Shown here: piece after piece, positions 52,596-64,000 of the stretch
Position numbering within the stretch: the first letter of the stretch is position 1
Layout: each line of letters begins with the position of its first letter
Assembly (NCBI RefSeq): GCF_006345805.1
Contig: NC_043017.1
Coordinates: forward strand, 9,176,001-9,240,000
Origin: Octopus sinensis
Taxonomy: Eukaryota
DNA: 64,000 bases
Direction: 5' to 3'
Program-made: the position numbers and the translations under genes
Notes under the pieces: generated by a model
Seen by the model: only the letters and a program-made list of their open reading frames with translations
Told to the model about the DNA's origin: nothing
Databases searched by the model: none

Positions 52596-53063
52596 GAAAT
52601 AATAATAAAAAAAAAAGCGGTGTGTTGTGCCTATTCGACAAGTCCACCCGGATATCGGTGGAATATTGATCATAAGCCGAGTGAATACCAATCAATGTGA
52701 AATGCGAAAGAAAGCGGTCAGCTGGCAGAGTTGTTAAAGCGCCGAAGAGAAAGAAAAATATGCCTCACAGCATTTGTTGCAATTTTTATGTTCTGAGTTC
52801 AAATCCTGCCGAAGGTGACTTTGATTTTCATCCATCCGGTATCGATGAAAAAAGCTACGAATCGAGTTGTAGGATTGGTGGAATCGATTAACTGGCCCCC
52901 TTCGATATCATTGGCATTGCGCATGAATCAGGAAACGTTAAAGCAGTAAATGTACTGTACTGGCTTTTTAATGTTCTGAGTTCAAATCCCGCTGAAGTTC
53001 ACTTTGTCTTTCATTCCTCCTGGGCTCGATAAAGTCCTGGAGTCGATGGTATTTTCCACGAAG

Positions 53064-53476
53064 GGCGGCGAGCTGGCAGAATCGTTAGCACGCCGGGCGA
53101 AATGCTTAGCAGTATTTCGTCTGCCGCTACGTTCTGAGTTCAAATTCTGCCGAGGTCGACTTTGCCTTTCATCCTTTCAGGGTCGATAAATTAAGTACCA
53201 GTTACGCACTGGGGTCGATGTAATTGACTTAATACCTATGTCTGTCCTTGTTTGTCCCCTCTGTGTTTAGCCCCTTGTGGGTAGTAAAGAAATAGGTATT
53301 TCGTCTGCCGCTACGTTCTGAGTTCAAATTCCGCCGAGGTCGACTTTGCTTTTCATCCTTTCGGGGTCGATTAAATAAGTACCAGTTACGCACTGGGGTC
53401 GATGTAATCGACTTAATCCGTTTGTCTGTCCTTGTTTCCCCTCTGTGTTTAGCCCCTTGTGGGTAGTAAAGAAATA
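53064..53476 (+). mobile_element. SINE-B dimer (full unit plus headless unit)
   Basis: Bracketed by the near-perfect TSD GGTATTTYCCACGAAG (53048-53063, 53477-53492); internal junction AAATAGGTATTTCGTC. Confidence 0.9.
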
Positions 53477-54705
53477 GGTATTTCCCACGAAGACTGTAAA
53501 TACGTGGTCTTGGAATTTTAAAAGCATTGTTGTATAGTTTTTCCATGTTCTACATTAAATTGGAAGGCACGAGGCTTTCTTTACGGTTTGAGTTCAAATT
53601 CCGGTGTGGTGTTCCGTTCGGTATCATATGTAATAAACAGGTCAGGCAAAACTGGGAATGTGTATGATATATGATGCATGGAAGCCCGGGAAATATGTCT
53701 TGTGTATCATATGTGATACTGCTTCGCTGTATTTCGTTTGTCTTGACGTTCAAAAGTTCAAATGACGCCGGGATCGACTTTGCCTTTCGTTCATTCGATA
53801 TCGATAAAATAATTACCATTTAAGAACTGGGATCAATGTAATCGACTTAGAACCCGCTCCCACCCCCCAAAAAATTGGTGCCAAAATTTGAATTTTTTTT
53901 TTTAGTCTACTACTTTTTCTACTGACTTCGTATACCGTGTAGCTAAGTCACAGAGACGTAGACGAACCAACACCGGTTGTCAAGCGATGGTGTGGGTACA
54001 AACGCACATATGACGGGCTTCCGCATAGTTTCCCCTCTACCAAATTCACTCACAAGGCTTTTGGTCGACTGTGGGCTTTAGCAGGAGACACTTGTCCAAG
54101 GCCCCGCGCATTGGCGACTGAACCGCATGATTCCAAAGCAATCTTGGTTGAAAAGAAAAGAGAAAGAAAAAAACCGGTCGAGATAGACGCAACTGGAATC
54201 TTATGTGTTCGGAATCAGGATTAGCTGGGGGGGGGGATTAAACGACGATGACGATGACGATGATAACATGAGCAACGTGTAGCGAAAAGCAATGCGTTTT
54301 CAATTGCAGTCACATTATCGATCTGTTTGTTGTTGTTTCTGAACAGCAAAGTCGGCCAGTCAGTCCATCTCACAACACGCTCCTTCCTTCCTCGCCCAGC
54401 CCACACGTTCACCTTCGACCCTTATTGGGTCAACGCTGAAGAAGGAAATTCAATAAATTTCAACTGCCGTCTGTGTGTGCAGAAGTGAAGGTGAGTGGAT
54501 ACACAAAGCTAATGTTACGGGGTCTCTGTGGCGGCAAACGAGACTATCGAACGCTTTTCTGTCTTTCTTTCTTTTTTCCTTCCTGCTTCCATTTTCCCCC
54601 CTTGCTTTCCTTCCTTCTTTCATTCTGTCTTTATTTTCTCCTTCAGACTAAATTAATTCTTGTCCATACCGACCGTCCCCAATTTCCTTCAAACGCCCTT
54701 AATAT

Positions 54706-55158
54706 ACCTATTTCTTTATTACCCACAAGGGGCTAAACACAGAGGGGACAAAAAAGGACAGATATAGGTATTAAGTCGATTACATCGACCCCAGTGCGTA
54801 ACTGGTACTTAATTTATCGACCCCGAAAGGATGAAAGGCAAAGTCGACCTCGGCGGAATTTGAACTCAGAACGTAACGGCAGACGAAATACCTATTTCTT
54901 TACTAGCCACAAGGGGCTAAACACAGAGGGGACAAACAAGGACAGACATAGGTATTAAGTCGATTACATCGACCCCTGTGCGTAACTGGTTCTTAATTTA
55001 TCGACCCCGAAAGGATGAAAGGCAAAGTCGACCTCGGCGGAATTTGAACTCAGAACGTAGCGGCAGACGAAATACCGCTATGCATTTCGCCCGGCGTGCT
55101 AACGTTCCTGCCAGTTCACTGCCTTGGCCAGTTCACCGCCTTGGCCAATTCACCGCCT
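54706..55158 (-). mobile_element. SINE-B dimer (full unit plus headless unit)
   Basis: Same internal junction at about 54882-54897; short ATATACCT duplication at the ends; 17-bp triplication at the 5' end. Confidence 0.9.
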
Positions 55159-55402
55159 TATATATACCTCATTGTTTCATTTCATGCCTGTTGACAAAAT
55201 GTTTTACGACATTTCTTCCCGTGAGTTCAAATCTCACTGAGCTTGAGTTTACCTTTCGGAGTCGATGAAATAAGTACCAATTGAGTACTGAGGTCGATGT
55301 AATCGACTCATCTCCACCTCCCCATAAAATTGTTGGCCTTCTGCCAAAATTTGAAACAGTTATATAATAATAATAATACTTATTATTATTATTATTATTA
55401 TT

Positions 55403-55717
55403 GCCTTTGCACAGCTTCTAACGTTGGAGATGTACTACGGTGTCAGCTGTTCACTATCAGTGAACTAAGGTAACACCTCTTATTTTTCGAGCACCTTCCG
55501 GAGTATTCAAGAGTATTCGAGCGGTTCCAAGCAGTGCTGTTTTCTGCAAGTGCTCCACCCTTATTGCAGCCCCTATTTGTTCCATGTACTTCTCAAGATT
55601 TTTACTCACTGTTCCCAAGGCTTCGACAATTATTGTTACTACTACCACCTTTTTCATCGACCACAACTGCTTAACCTCCCAAGCTAACCTGTCATATCTA
55701 TCGACTTTTCTTTCTTC
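55403..55717 (-). mobile_element. 3' fragment of a second R4/Dong-type retrotransposon
   Basis: WEVKQLWSMKKVVVVTIIVEALGTVSKNLEKY...LQKTALLGTARIL; TAA/TGA repeats on both sides. Confidence 0.85.
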
Positions 55718-55959
55718 ATTATTATTATTATTATCATCATCATCATCATCATCATCATTATTATTATTATTATTATTATTATATTATTATTATTATTATT
55801 TACCGCTAATGCCTTGCTAAACCTTATGGATTCTACTCTGATTGCCCTTTTAAGAGCAAACCACCAGTTGTTGTTGTTGAAGATTGCACCTGTTATTGAA
55901 TGTTTTGTATGTGAGCCCTTGTGGCTAATAAAAGAATAAATTATTATTATTTTCATTAT

Positions 55960-56545
55960 TAAGGCGGCGAGCTGGCATAAGTGTTAGCGCGCAGGACGAA
56001 ATGGTGAGCGGTATTTCGCCCGTCGCTACGATCTGAGTTCAAATTCCGCCGAGGTTGTCTTTACCTTCCATCCTTTCTGGGTCAATAAATTAAGTACCAG
56101 TGAAACACTGGGGGTCGATGTAATCGACTTATCCCCTCCCCCAAAACGGTTGCCCATTATTATTATTATCAACATTCAGGTGGCGAGCTGGCCGAATCGT
56201 TAGCAGACCGCGCAAAATGCTTAGCGATATTTCGTTCGTCTTTACGTTCTGAGTTCAAATTCCGCCGAGGTTGATTTTGCTTTTCATCCTTTCGGGATCG
56301 ATAAAATGTATACCAGTTGAGTATTGAGGTCGATGTAATCGACTTACCAACGACCCCCAAAATTCAGGCCTTGTACCTTATTATTATTATTATTATTATA
56401 TTATTATTATTATTACGCCGAGATAGACTTTGCCTTTCATCCTTTCAGGGTCGATGATATAAGTACCAGTTGAGCACTTGGATCGATCTCACCGTCTAGT
56501 CCCCTCTCTCACAAAATTTCAGCCCTTGTGCCTATAATACAAATG
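55960..56545 (+). mobile_element. Three tandem old-tail SINE-B copies separated by (ATT)n
   Basis: Copies at about 55960-56155, 56178-56378 and 56416-56545. Confidence 0.83.
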
Positions 56546-56550
56546 ATTTA

Positions 56551-56581
<31 letters not shown>

Positions 56582-56739
56582 AAAAGAATTAATTATTGTT
56601 ATTATTATTATTATTGCTGTTATCTCGCATCGATTTATTCAACCATGAGTATTGTTTTCAGATATTTGAAGGTTGAAAACAAAAACAAAGAAAGCTAAAT
56701 CTTTTTTAATTTTTCTTTTTTCAATATATTTTTAACCAT

Positions 56740-57389
56740 TTTCTTCTCGATTTAAATGTCTTTCTTCATCTTCACCTCTTCTTTCTCATAATCTCTTCCC
56801 CCTCTCTCTCTTTTTTTGTCCTCTTTTTCTCCTCTCAATTTTCTTTCTCCCTCCCTCGCTCTGTTTTCTCTATGTTTTCCCTTCCCTCACTCTCCCCTTC
56901 CTCTCTCTGTCTTCGTTCTCGCTATCCTCTCCCTCTTTCAGTTCCTTGTATCTCTCATTTACTTCCCTCTCTCTGTCTTTCCTCCTCTCCCTCCTTAAGT
57001 CCTCTATTTTCTCATTCTTTCACTTTTACTCTATCTCCCTTCCTCTGTTGCCTGTAGTGCTTACCATTCTCTCTCTCTCTCTCTCTTCTCTCTCCCCCTC
57101 TTTTCTATCTCTCTTCTCGTCTCCTTCCCCCACTGCCTCTATTTACTATTCTCTCTTCCTTCTCTTTCTCGTCTCTTTTCTCTTTCTACTTCTCACACGC
57201 TTTTCTTCTCTCCTCTAACTCGTCTTCCCCTCTCTTTGTTCTTTAGTATTTCCTTTCACCTCCCATCTATCTACCTATCTATTTACCTCTCTCTCCCACC
57301 CGCTATCTCTCTCTCTACCTACATATCTCTCTCTCTATCTATCTATCTATCTATCTACCTATCTATCTATCTATCTCTTTCTCTCTCCC

Positions 57390-57452
<63 letters not shown>

Positions 57453-57475
57453 CTTTCTCTCTACCTCTCTCTCCC

Positions 57476-57509
<34 letters not shown>

Positions 57510-57530
57510 ATCTACCTACCTACCCACCCA
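56740..57530 (+). repeat. Polypyrimidine tract grading into (TCTA)n
   Basis: Directly visible. Confidence 0.92.
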
Positions 57531-58175
57531 TCCACCCGTATTACCTTTTCTAAATCCGTCTTTTTGCTGTCACTCTCTCCCTCACACACACACACATACA
57601 TTTTCACCCTTGTAATCTTTCACTCACCCTATAAATCTTCAGATCCCCTTTTCTTCCTATACTGTACATCATCTCCCTCCCCTGCTCTCCCTTTCTAAAT
57701 TCTCTCTTTTCTCCTCTCTCCACTCCACCACCACCACCACCACCACCACTGTCCACATAGTTCAACCTGAGGCGTGTTTATTCAGTCTTTATATAATCAA
57801 TTATATGACCTAAATAAGAAACCTGGCCCGACCCGACCTGACCTGATTTGACCTGGCCTGACCTTTTCACTCCCACAATTTATTTTCGGAATTAAGAAGT
57901 ATTTTTAAGGCTATGAGAATAACTCTTTTTCAAGTGCAGTTAAGACAGAATAGTTAAGAATCGCTCTTGTCAGTAGTGAAGTTGGTAGACTGAAACGGTG
58001 TGGAAGCCTGTTTGTACATGCAGTCACCATATTTTCTTCCGTAACTGCCATCTCTGAAGAGCGCAGGGTTACATAATCGGGCCGTTACCTAATATCCCGT
58101 TGAACCCCAAGTAAGAAACCGATTGATAAGATCGGCCTGAATGGACATATAATACTATACACTTCGGTTATATAT

Positions 58176-58209
<34 letters not shown>

Positions 58210-58684
58210 TGTTCAGTGTTTGTCACTCGCTACCACCGGTTGACAACTGGTATTGGTTTTGTTGACGCCCCTGTAACTTAGCAGTTCGGCAGAAGTAACC
58301 AATAGAATAAGTACCAGACTTAACAAAAAGAAAACAAAAACCATAAGAACTGAGGGTGATTTATTCGGCCAAAACTTTTCAAGACGGTGCCCCAGTATGG
58401 CCGCAGTCTAATGGCTAAAACAAATAAAAGGTCTGTTTCTCCAGAGGCTCACTTAGTTCATTTGAAATAAAAGTAATGGGCCATTTTATTCTGTTTGAGT
58501 TCGAATCTTACCGAAGTCAGTTTTATCTTTTCTGTAAAATACGATTCTACAAATTTGTGCTGCAGTCGTTATATAATCGATTGCGCCTCACCTTTCCCCT
58601 CGTGTTGTCATGCCAACATGTGACCTTTGTGACTGTTCCTTTGAATTTCAGGAGTACGTCTTGATTTTGTGTTAAGTACAACAT

Positions 58685-59081
58685 AGGCGCAGGAGTGGCT
58701 GTGTGGTAAGTAGCTTGCTAACCAAACACATGGTTCTGGGTTCAATCCCACTGCGTGGCATCTTGGGCAAGTGTCTTCTGCTATAGCCCCGGGCCGACCA
58801 ATGCCTTGTGAGTGGATTTGGTAGACGGAGACTGAAAGAAGCCTGTCGTATATATATATGTATGTATGTGTTTGTGTGTCTGTGTTTGTCCCCCTAGCAT
58901 TGCTTGACAACCGATGCTGGTGTGTGTTTACGTTCCCGTCACTTAGCGGTTCGGCAAAAGAGACCGATAGAATAAGTACTAGGCTTACAAAGAATAAGTC
59001 CCGGGGTCGATTTGCTCGACTAAAGGCGGTGCTCCAGCATGGCCGCAGTCAAATGACTGAAACAAGTAAAAGAGTAAAGAG
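58685..59081 (+). mobile_element. SINE family A, full length, young
   Basis: Complete head, CORE-like segment, internal microsatellite and tail. Confidence 0.93.
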
Positions 59082-59965
59082 TATGGCAGAGTATTCCAGC
59101 GAACCGACGGTTTTCCACAGAGTTTCCGTCTAATGATATTTCACTGTCAAGACTTTGAGATTATGCTAGAAGACATCTGCTCAGGTGGAAAGAGAGAGAG
59201 AAAGAAACAGTGTATGTTGATTATATATATATATGTATGTATATAAAATGTTGTGGTGTATATGTGTATAAGATGTGTATATCACAGTCTAATAACCACT
59301 ACAGTTAGTGACAACATGCGACGTCAGTTTACCGGAGGATGGCAATTAAGTGCAATTATTTCCCTCTTTTAGCTATCAATGGGAGGTCTCGTTCTCCCGC
59401 TCCACACACACACAAATGCGCGCACACATATATAATCAAACAGTCTGTAACCACTCTACCACGTCGCCCCCCACCAATTGAAACAGAATATTGCACTCCC
59501 CTCCTTTCTCCACTCTTCTCTCCATAGTTATAGCAATTATCTTTACCTATCCTTTCAATAATATATATGTGTGTCTATATGTGTGTGTGTGTGTGTATAA
59601 TAAACCTCATCCGCTTGTGTCAGCACATGCGTGTGCGTGCGTGTATGTAATTATATTTTCAGTCATACACCTTATGTCCTGTGTTTGAGTAATCTTTGTG
59701 CGCGCGCGAGTGTGTAATTAGGTCAGGAAGCAGGTAAGATTTTATATCCCTGTTATGCGTATTTCTCTGGTAAACTCCACAGTCCTGTCCCAATTCATCT
59801 GGAAACTTAAGGACTATGGTTCTCAACGCTCTCGAAATCCCCGCCTTAGTTTATCCGAAAACTTAAAGATCAAGGTTCTTAATGCTCTCCAATAACGCGG
59901 AGCAGTGTCAATGTAGCAACACCATACTTCAACGGATCATGAAAGCAGGTTTCGTCTCACGGAAG

Positions 59966-60345
59966 AGTTAAGTTAAGTTAAGTTAACTTGGCGCAAAAAG
60001 CAAGGCCATGTAGGAGGACATGGAGTTATGTACAGGGTGGTGTTCATGCAAAGAGTTCAGGCCATTTCTGGTCAAGAGAGACCTTGAACCGAGTGGTCGT
60101 CGGCATCTTCACTATCTCGTCCGGCAGCTTATTCCACAGATCCGCAACCCGGACGGACGGAGAAAGCCCCCTCTCCTTCGATTGAGATGAAATCGTCGCA
60201 GATAGAGCTTTTCGGAGTGACCCCGCAGCCGACGCTCTGGAGCAGGAGTGAAGAACAGCTCTTTCGAGAGGTTGCACTTTCCGCTTATGATGTTGTGAGC
60301 GAGAATGAGATCACCACGGCGTCGTCGTTTTTCTAGAGAAAAAGA
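59966..60345 (-). mobile_element. CR1-type LINE 3' fragment (longest copy)
   Basis: SLEKRRRRGDLILAHNIISGK...LRGHSEKL...WNKLPDEIV...FKVSLD; (TAACT)n tail. Confidence 0.9.
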
Positions 60346-60830
60346 GTTTTAGATATTACAACAGCCAGAGGTATTCATCGAGTGGTGAAGTTCCTCGTAA
60401 AGTATTTCGACCGAGATCCCTATCTACCAGATCTAACGAGCGTCACTGTGTTGCTTCTTGGTGGACGCAGGTCTTGATTGATTACTCCCCTTTGCACCGT
60501 ATGTTATCCTTTCAGCAATACATTTCATCCTGCAACCTATATCCGGTCATGTGACTCACCATGGCTGTGAATACAGCTTCATTTACCACGAATTGTCTGA
60601 GCGTTTTCACGAATACCTTATATGTGGCAAAATACAATAATGGAGTTAGTCATCAACATATTCCCAAGAGATATAAACCTTACGCCATGTATTGAGTGCT
60701 ACTTTTCTTCCACTTTTAATCATATTGAATGTGTTGTTGTTGTTGTTATAAATATAGCGGACACTAAACTGGAGAACGCGGAACAAAGTTTCACAAATAA
60801 AGCATTAGTTTGATGCTTTAATAGAAAGTG

Positions 60831-60866
60831 CCTTAACGTTTCATATGATAGTCCTTCATCAGAAAA
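60831..60866 (-). ncRNA. Degenerate minimal hammerhead-like motif with canonical core
   Basis: Minus strand: TTTT-CTGATGA-AGGACTATCATAT-GAAA-CGTT-AAGG; helix II poorly paired. Confidence 0.4.
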
Positions 60867-61252
60867 ACGAAAAAAAAAAAACAGCGTAGAGGGATGTGTG
60901 AAAGAGAAGTCGACAGCGAAAGAAAAACGGGTGAAGGGTTACACACCAGGTAAGGAATACTTCCCTTATGGGGCAGTTAAGAAGAGATGAAGGGACAGGT
61001 GTGTAAATGCATAATCTACACATAAACAAGGTGTTCGACTCACGAGCATAAAGTTCGATGGTTCAGTTCTTGAATCGGGTGTCACGGTTGTGTTTTTGAA
61101 GGTTCTTTATTTCATGTTTCAATTTGCTCAGCAATAGCCGGGTGCAGGAACAGTCCACCCCTTTTCAGCTGTCATATGCTAGGTGTGCCGCTGTATCAAA
61201 AGATTCTAAGACAGATGGGATGCCTGCTCGCGACTATATATATATGTATAAA

Positions 61253-61470
61253 GTTAATCCAAACAAGAAAGCACAAAAAAACACAACAACGCGAGGACGT
61301 GGAACAAATATAGTATTATTGGACGCTCAGGAAAGAAGGAGGGTTTAACGTTTCGAGCGGAGCTCTTCGTCGGAAACATAGGAGAAGGAAGAATCCAGAG
61401 AAAGGAAGACAGAGGAAAAAAAATCGCCAACGGTAAACACGAGGTCACATTTTGAAAGACCTGAAGGGAA

Positions 61471-61472
<2 letters not shown>
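61253..61472 (-). mobile_element. Penelope-like terminal repeat, family P2
   Basis: Near-identical to 15208-15389 and longer; flanked by (TA)n. Confidence 0.65.
61343..61377 (-). ncRNA. Minimal type I hammerhead-like motif, family P2
   Basis: Identical 35-nt motif to 15308-15342. Confidence 0.7.
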
Positions 61473-61507
<35 letters not shown>

Positions 61508-62438
61508 CATGCACATATATATATAATACACATACACAATTATTTATAGGAACACCAACCACCACCACCTCCAAAAATCAATTTCTTCATTCAGCCTTCC
61601 TGATTTCTTCAGCTTAACTTTGAATGCCAGTAAGAAGTGTCACTGATGATACTCTATCAACGTTAACACCAGAATGCACATCTAACAGTGTGCAGTCGTT
61701 GCAGCTGAAACGGGTGTAGGTCCACAAAAGAATGCTGTAAATAGCTGTTTAATAAAATTCTAGATGTGGAAAATCTCCCTTCTCTTGATTGTCATTAATA
61801 TGTGTGTGTCCGTCCGATTCTCTAAGCCGTTTTTACAGCTACTCTGCGTTCGAGTCTTCCTTTATTTTCTCTAAAATACCAACTCACTCGCGCTTCAAAG
61901 TTTGTTTACACACACACACACGAATAGATACCTTAAAAACAACACACATATAGGTATCCAAAACAACGAAAACGTACGTGTTACGCAGCCGAACTCGCTC
62001 GCGAATGATAACACACCCCGTAATGTATGCATATTATACATACATGCATGCATATATACATATATATATATACACACAACACTTGCATATGTGTGTGTGA
62101 GTTTCTGTGTGACGTTGCGTAACCTTAGCTCTGCTCCTACAAAACTATGACGGCGAGGTCTTGATCTGATCGTGCGTGTTCCGTTGACCTACAGCTCTGA
62201 ACTGTAAATGCGATACCTTACGTTTCCGCTCATCTTTGCAGACATTGATTTTGCCGTGTGACATTGTCACACTCGTGTGGTGTAACATTGTAGCGATGTT
62301 TCTGTGGAGTGAGATAATGTGGATATGCTCTGAGGTAATTGTAGTGTGGGCAATGTGTGCCATATGGACATATGTTAAGAGGTAATACAAGTACAAACAA
62401 GTTGTGTGATGTGACAGTGTAGACAGGCTGTGTATTAG

Positions 62439-62727
62439 TTAGTTAGTTAGTTAGTTAATTTGGCTCAAAAGCAAATAGCAAGGCCATGTAGGGGGACATG
62501 GAGTTAAGTACAGGGTGGTGTTCATGTAAAGAGTTCAGGCCACTTGAGGTCAAGGGAGGCTTTGAACAAAGCGGTCGTCGGCATCTTCACCATCTCGTCT
62601 GGCAGCTTGTTCCACGGATCCGCAACCCGGACGGAGAAAGCTCCTCTCCTTCGATTGAGATGAAATCGTCGCAGGTAGAGCTTTTCGGAATGAACCCGCA
62701 GCCGACGCTCTGGAGCAGGAGTGAAGA
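62439..62727 (-). mobile_element. CR1-type LINE 3' fragment
   Basis: Near-identical to 11941-12238; (TAAC)n tail; flanked by a 104-bp direct repeat. Confidence 0.92.
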
Positions 62728-62924
62728 ATTGTAGTAATTGTAGTGTGGGCAATGTGTGCCATATGGACATATGTTAAGAGGTAATACAAGTACAAACAAG
62801 TTGTGTGATGTGACAGTGTAGACCGGCTGTGTATTAGAGATGCATTGGTATGCATTAGTATTGGTGGAAGGTAAGCACATGCTGTAGTTAGAGTGGCTAT
62901 GTGGGTACACACAAAAGCATATTT

Positions 62925-63470
62925 TTCGATGGGCTTCCACACAGTTTCCACCTACCACATTCACTCATAAGGCGTTAGTCGGGACCAGGACTATAGTACA
63001 AGACACTTGCCCAAGGTGCCGCGCAATGGTGACTGAACTGGAAACCGCATAGTCACCAAGCGAACTTCTTAACCACACAGTAGCCATGCCTAGCTGCGTG
63101 GTTAAGAAGCTTTGCTTTACAACCACATGGTTTCGGGTTCAGTCCCGCTGCTTGGCACCTTGGGCAGGTGTCTTCTAGTATAGCCTAGAGTCGACCAAAG
63201 CCTTGTGACTGGATATGGTAGACGGAAACTGAAAGAAGCCTGTCGCATATATATATATGTGTAAGTTTGTATTTGTTCCCCATCACTGCAGGACACTGTG
63301 TCAGTTTGGTTACGTCCCCTAAATTAGCGGTTGGGCGAAAAGAGACCGAAAGAGTAAGTACTAGGCTTAAAAATTAACAAGTACTGGAGTCGATTTGTTC
63401 AACTAATTCCTTCGAGGCGATGCCCCTGCATGGCCGTAGTCCAATGACCGCAAGAGGTAAAAGATAAAAG
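62925..63470. mobile_element. Head-to-head pair of diverged SINE-A-type copies (about 62925-63080 minus, 63095-63470 plus)
   Basis: AGACACTTGCCCAAGGTGCC on one side and GGCACCTTGGGCAGGTGTCT on the other. Confidence 0.78.
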
Positions 63471-63967
63471 ATATATATCATACAGGCAAACGTTTGGCCA
63501 TTTGGTTAAAAAAAGAAAGGAAAAAAAGGCTCCGCTTCGAAGTCAAGATTTCTCGGGTTCCTGCACACGTTGCCCTGCATGGCATTTTGGACATGGGACT
63601 TCTACTGTAGCTTCTCGTTGACCGTCCAAAACCCTTTTCAGCGAAACTGGCTAAACGGAAACTGTACTGATTCCCGTTATCTTCACTGAACGCTGTAAAT
63701 TGGAAGAATAAAGTTGATTCTGCCTGAAGAATAATATGTCGCTAAGAGTACAAGTGCCTTGTGTACCCGCGAGATACCCAGCCATTCGCACGATAACTAA
63801 TTCAGTGTGTTGGTAGTTCAGTCGCCCCCGACATCTGGAATACTCATCATCGAAACCGACGGAGATCCAATTATTTTTATATTAACATTTATTTATTTTG
63901 TATTTATATCGGTACACGTGTACTGTTTATCTTTGATCGTAACTTTTATGTGCCTCTGTGTGTGTGT

Positions 63968-64000
<33 letters not shown>

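Noticed and set aside
57816-57865. Cluster of TGACCT nuclear-receptor half-sites
   Set aside because: Explained by a degenerate 5-bp (GACCT)n microsatellite.

Overview
This is AT-rich animal DNA saturated with microsatellites and retroposons, with no recognisable host protein-coding gene. Nearly all long ORFs in the track are translations of simple repeats or SINE copies. The repeat content is most like an octopus (coleoid cephalopod) intron or intergenic region; this is inferred from memory of the SINE families, not from a search. Supported content: (1) a decayed hAT (Charlie/Buster, ZBED5/SCAND3-like) transposase at 600-2962, split by two SINE insertions with target-site duplications (TSDs); (2) a decayed RTE-clade LINE at 11581-13880 that ends in three C2H2 zinc fingers and contains a CR1-type 3' fragment; (3) two more CR1 3' fragments, one flanked by a 104-bp duplication; (4) two R4/Dong-type endonuclease fragments sitting in (TAA)n; (5) dozens of copies of two tRNA-headed SINE families (A, CORE-like; B, Meta-like core with two alternative tails); (6) several MITEs; (7) at least three families of short Penelope-like terminal repeats carrying minimal hammerhead-ribozyme folds, two of them with a non-canonical CCGANGA core. 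The ribozyme families, the recurrent SINE-B dimer junction and a ~12-kb SINE-poor stretch with candidate first exons are the most interesting signals. Family names and exon calls need database or RNA-seq confirmation.
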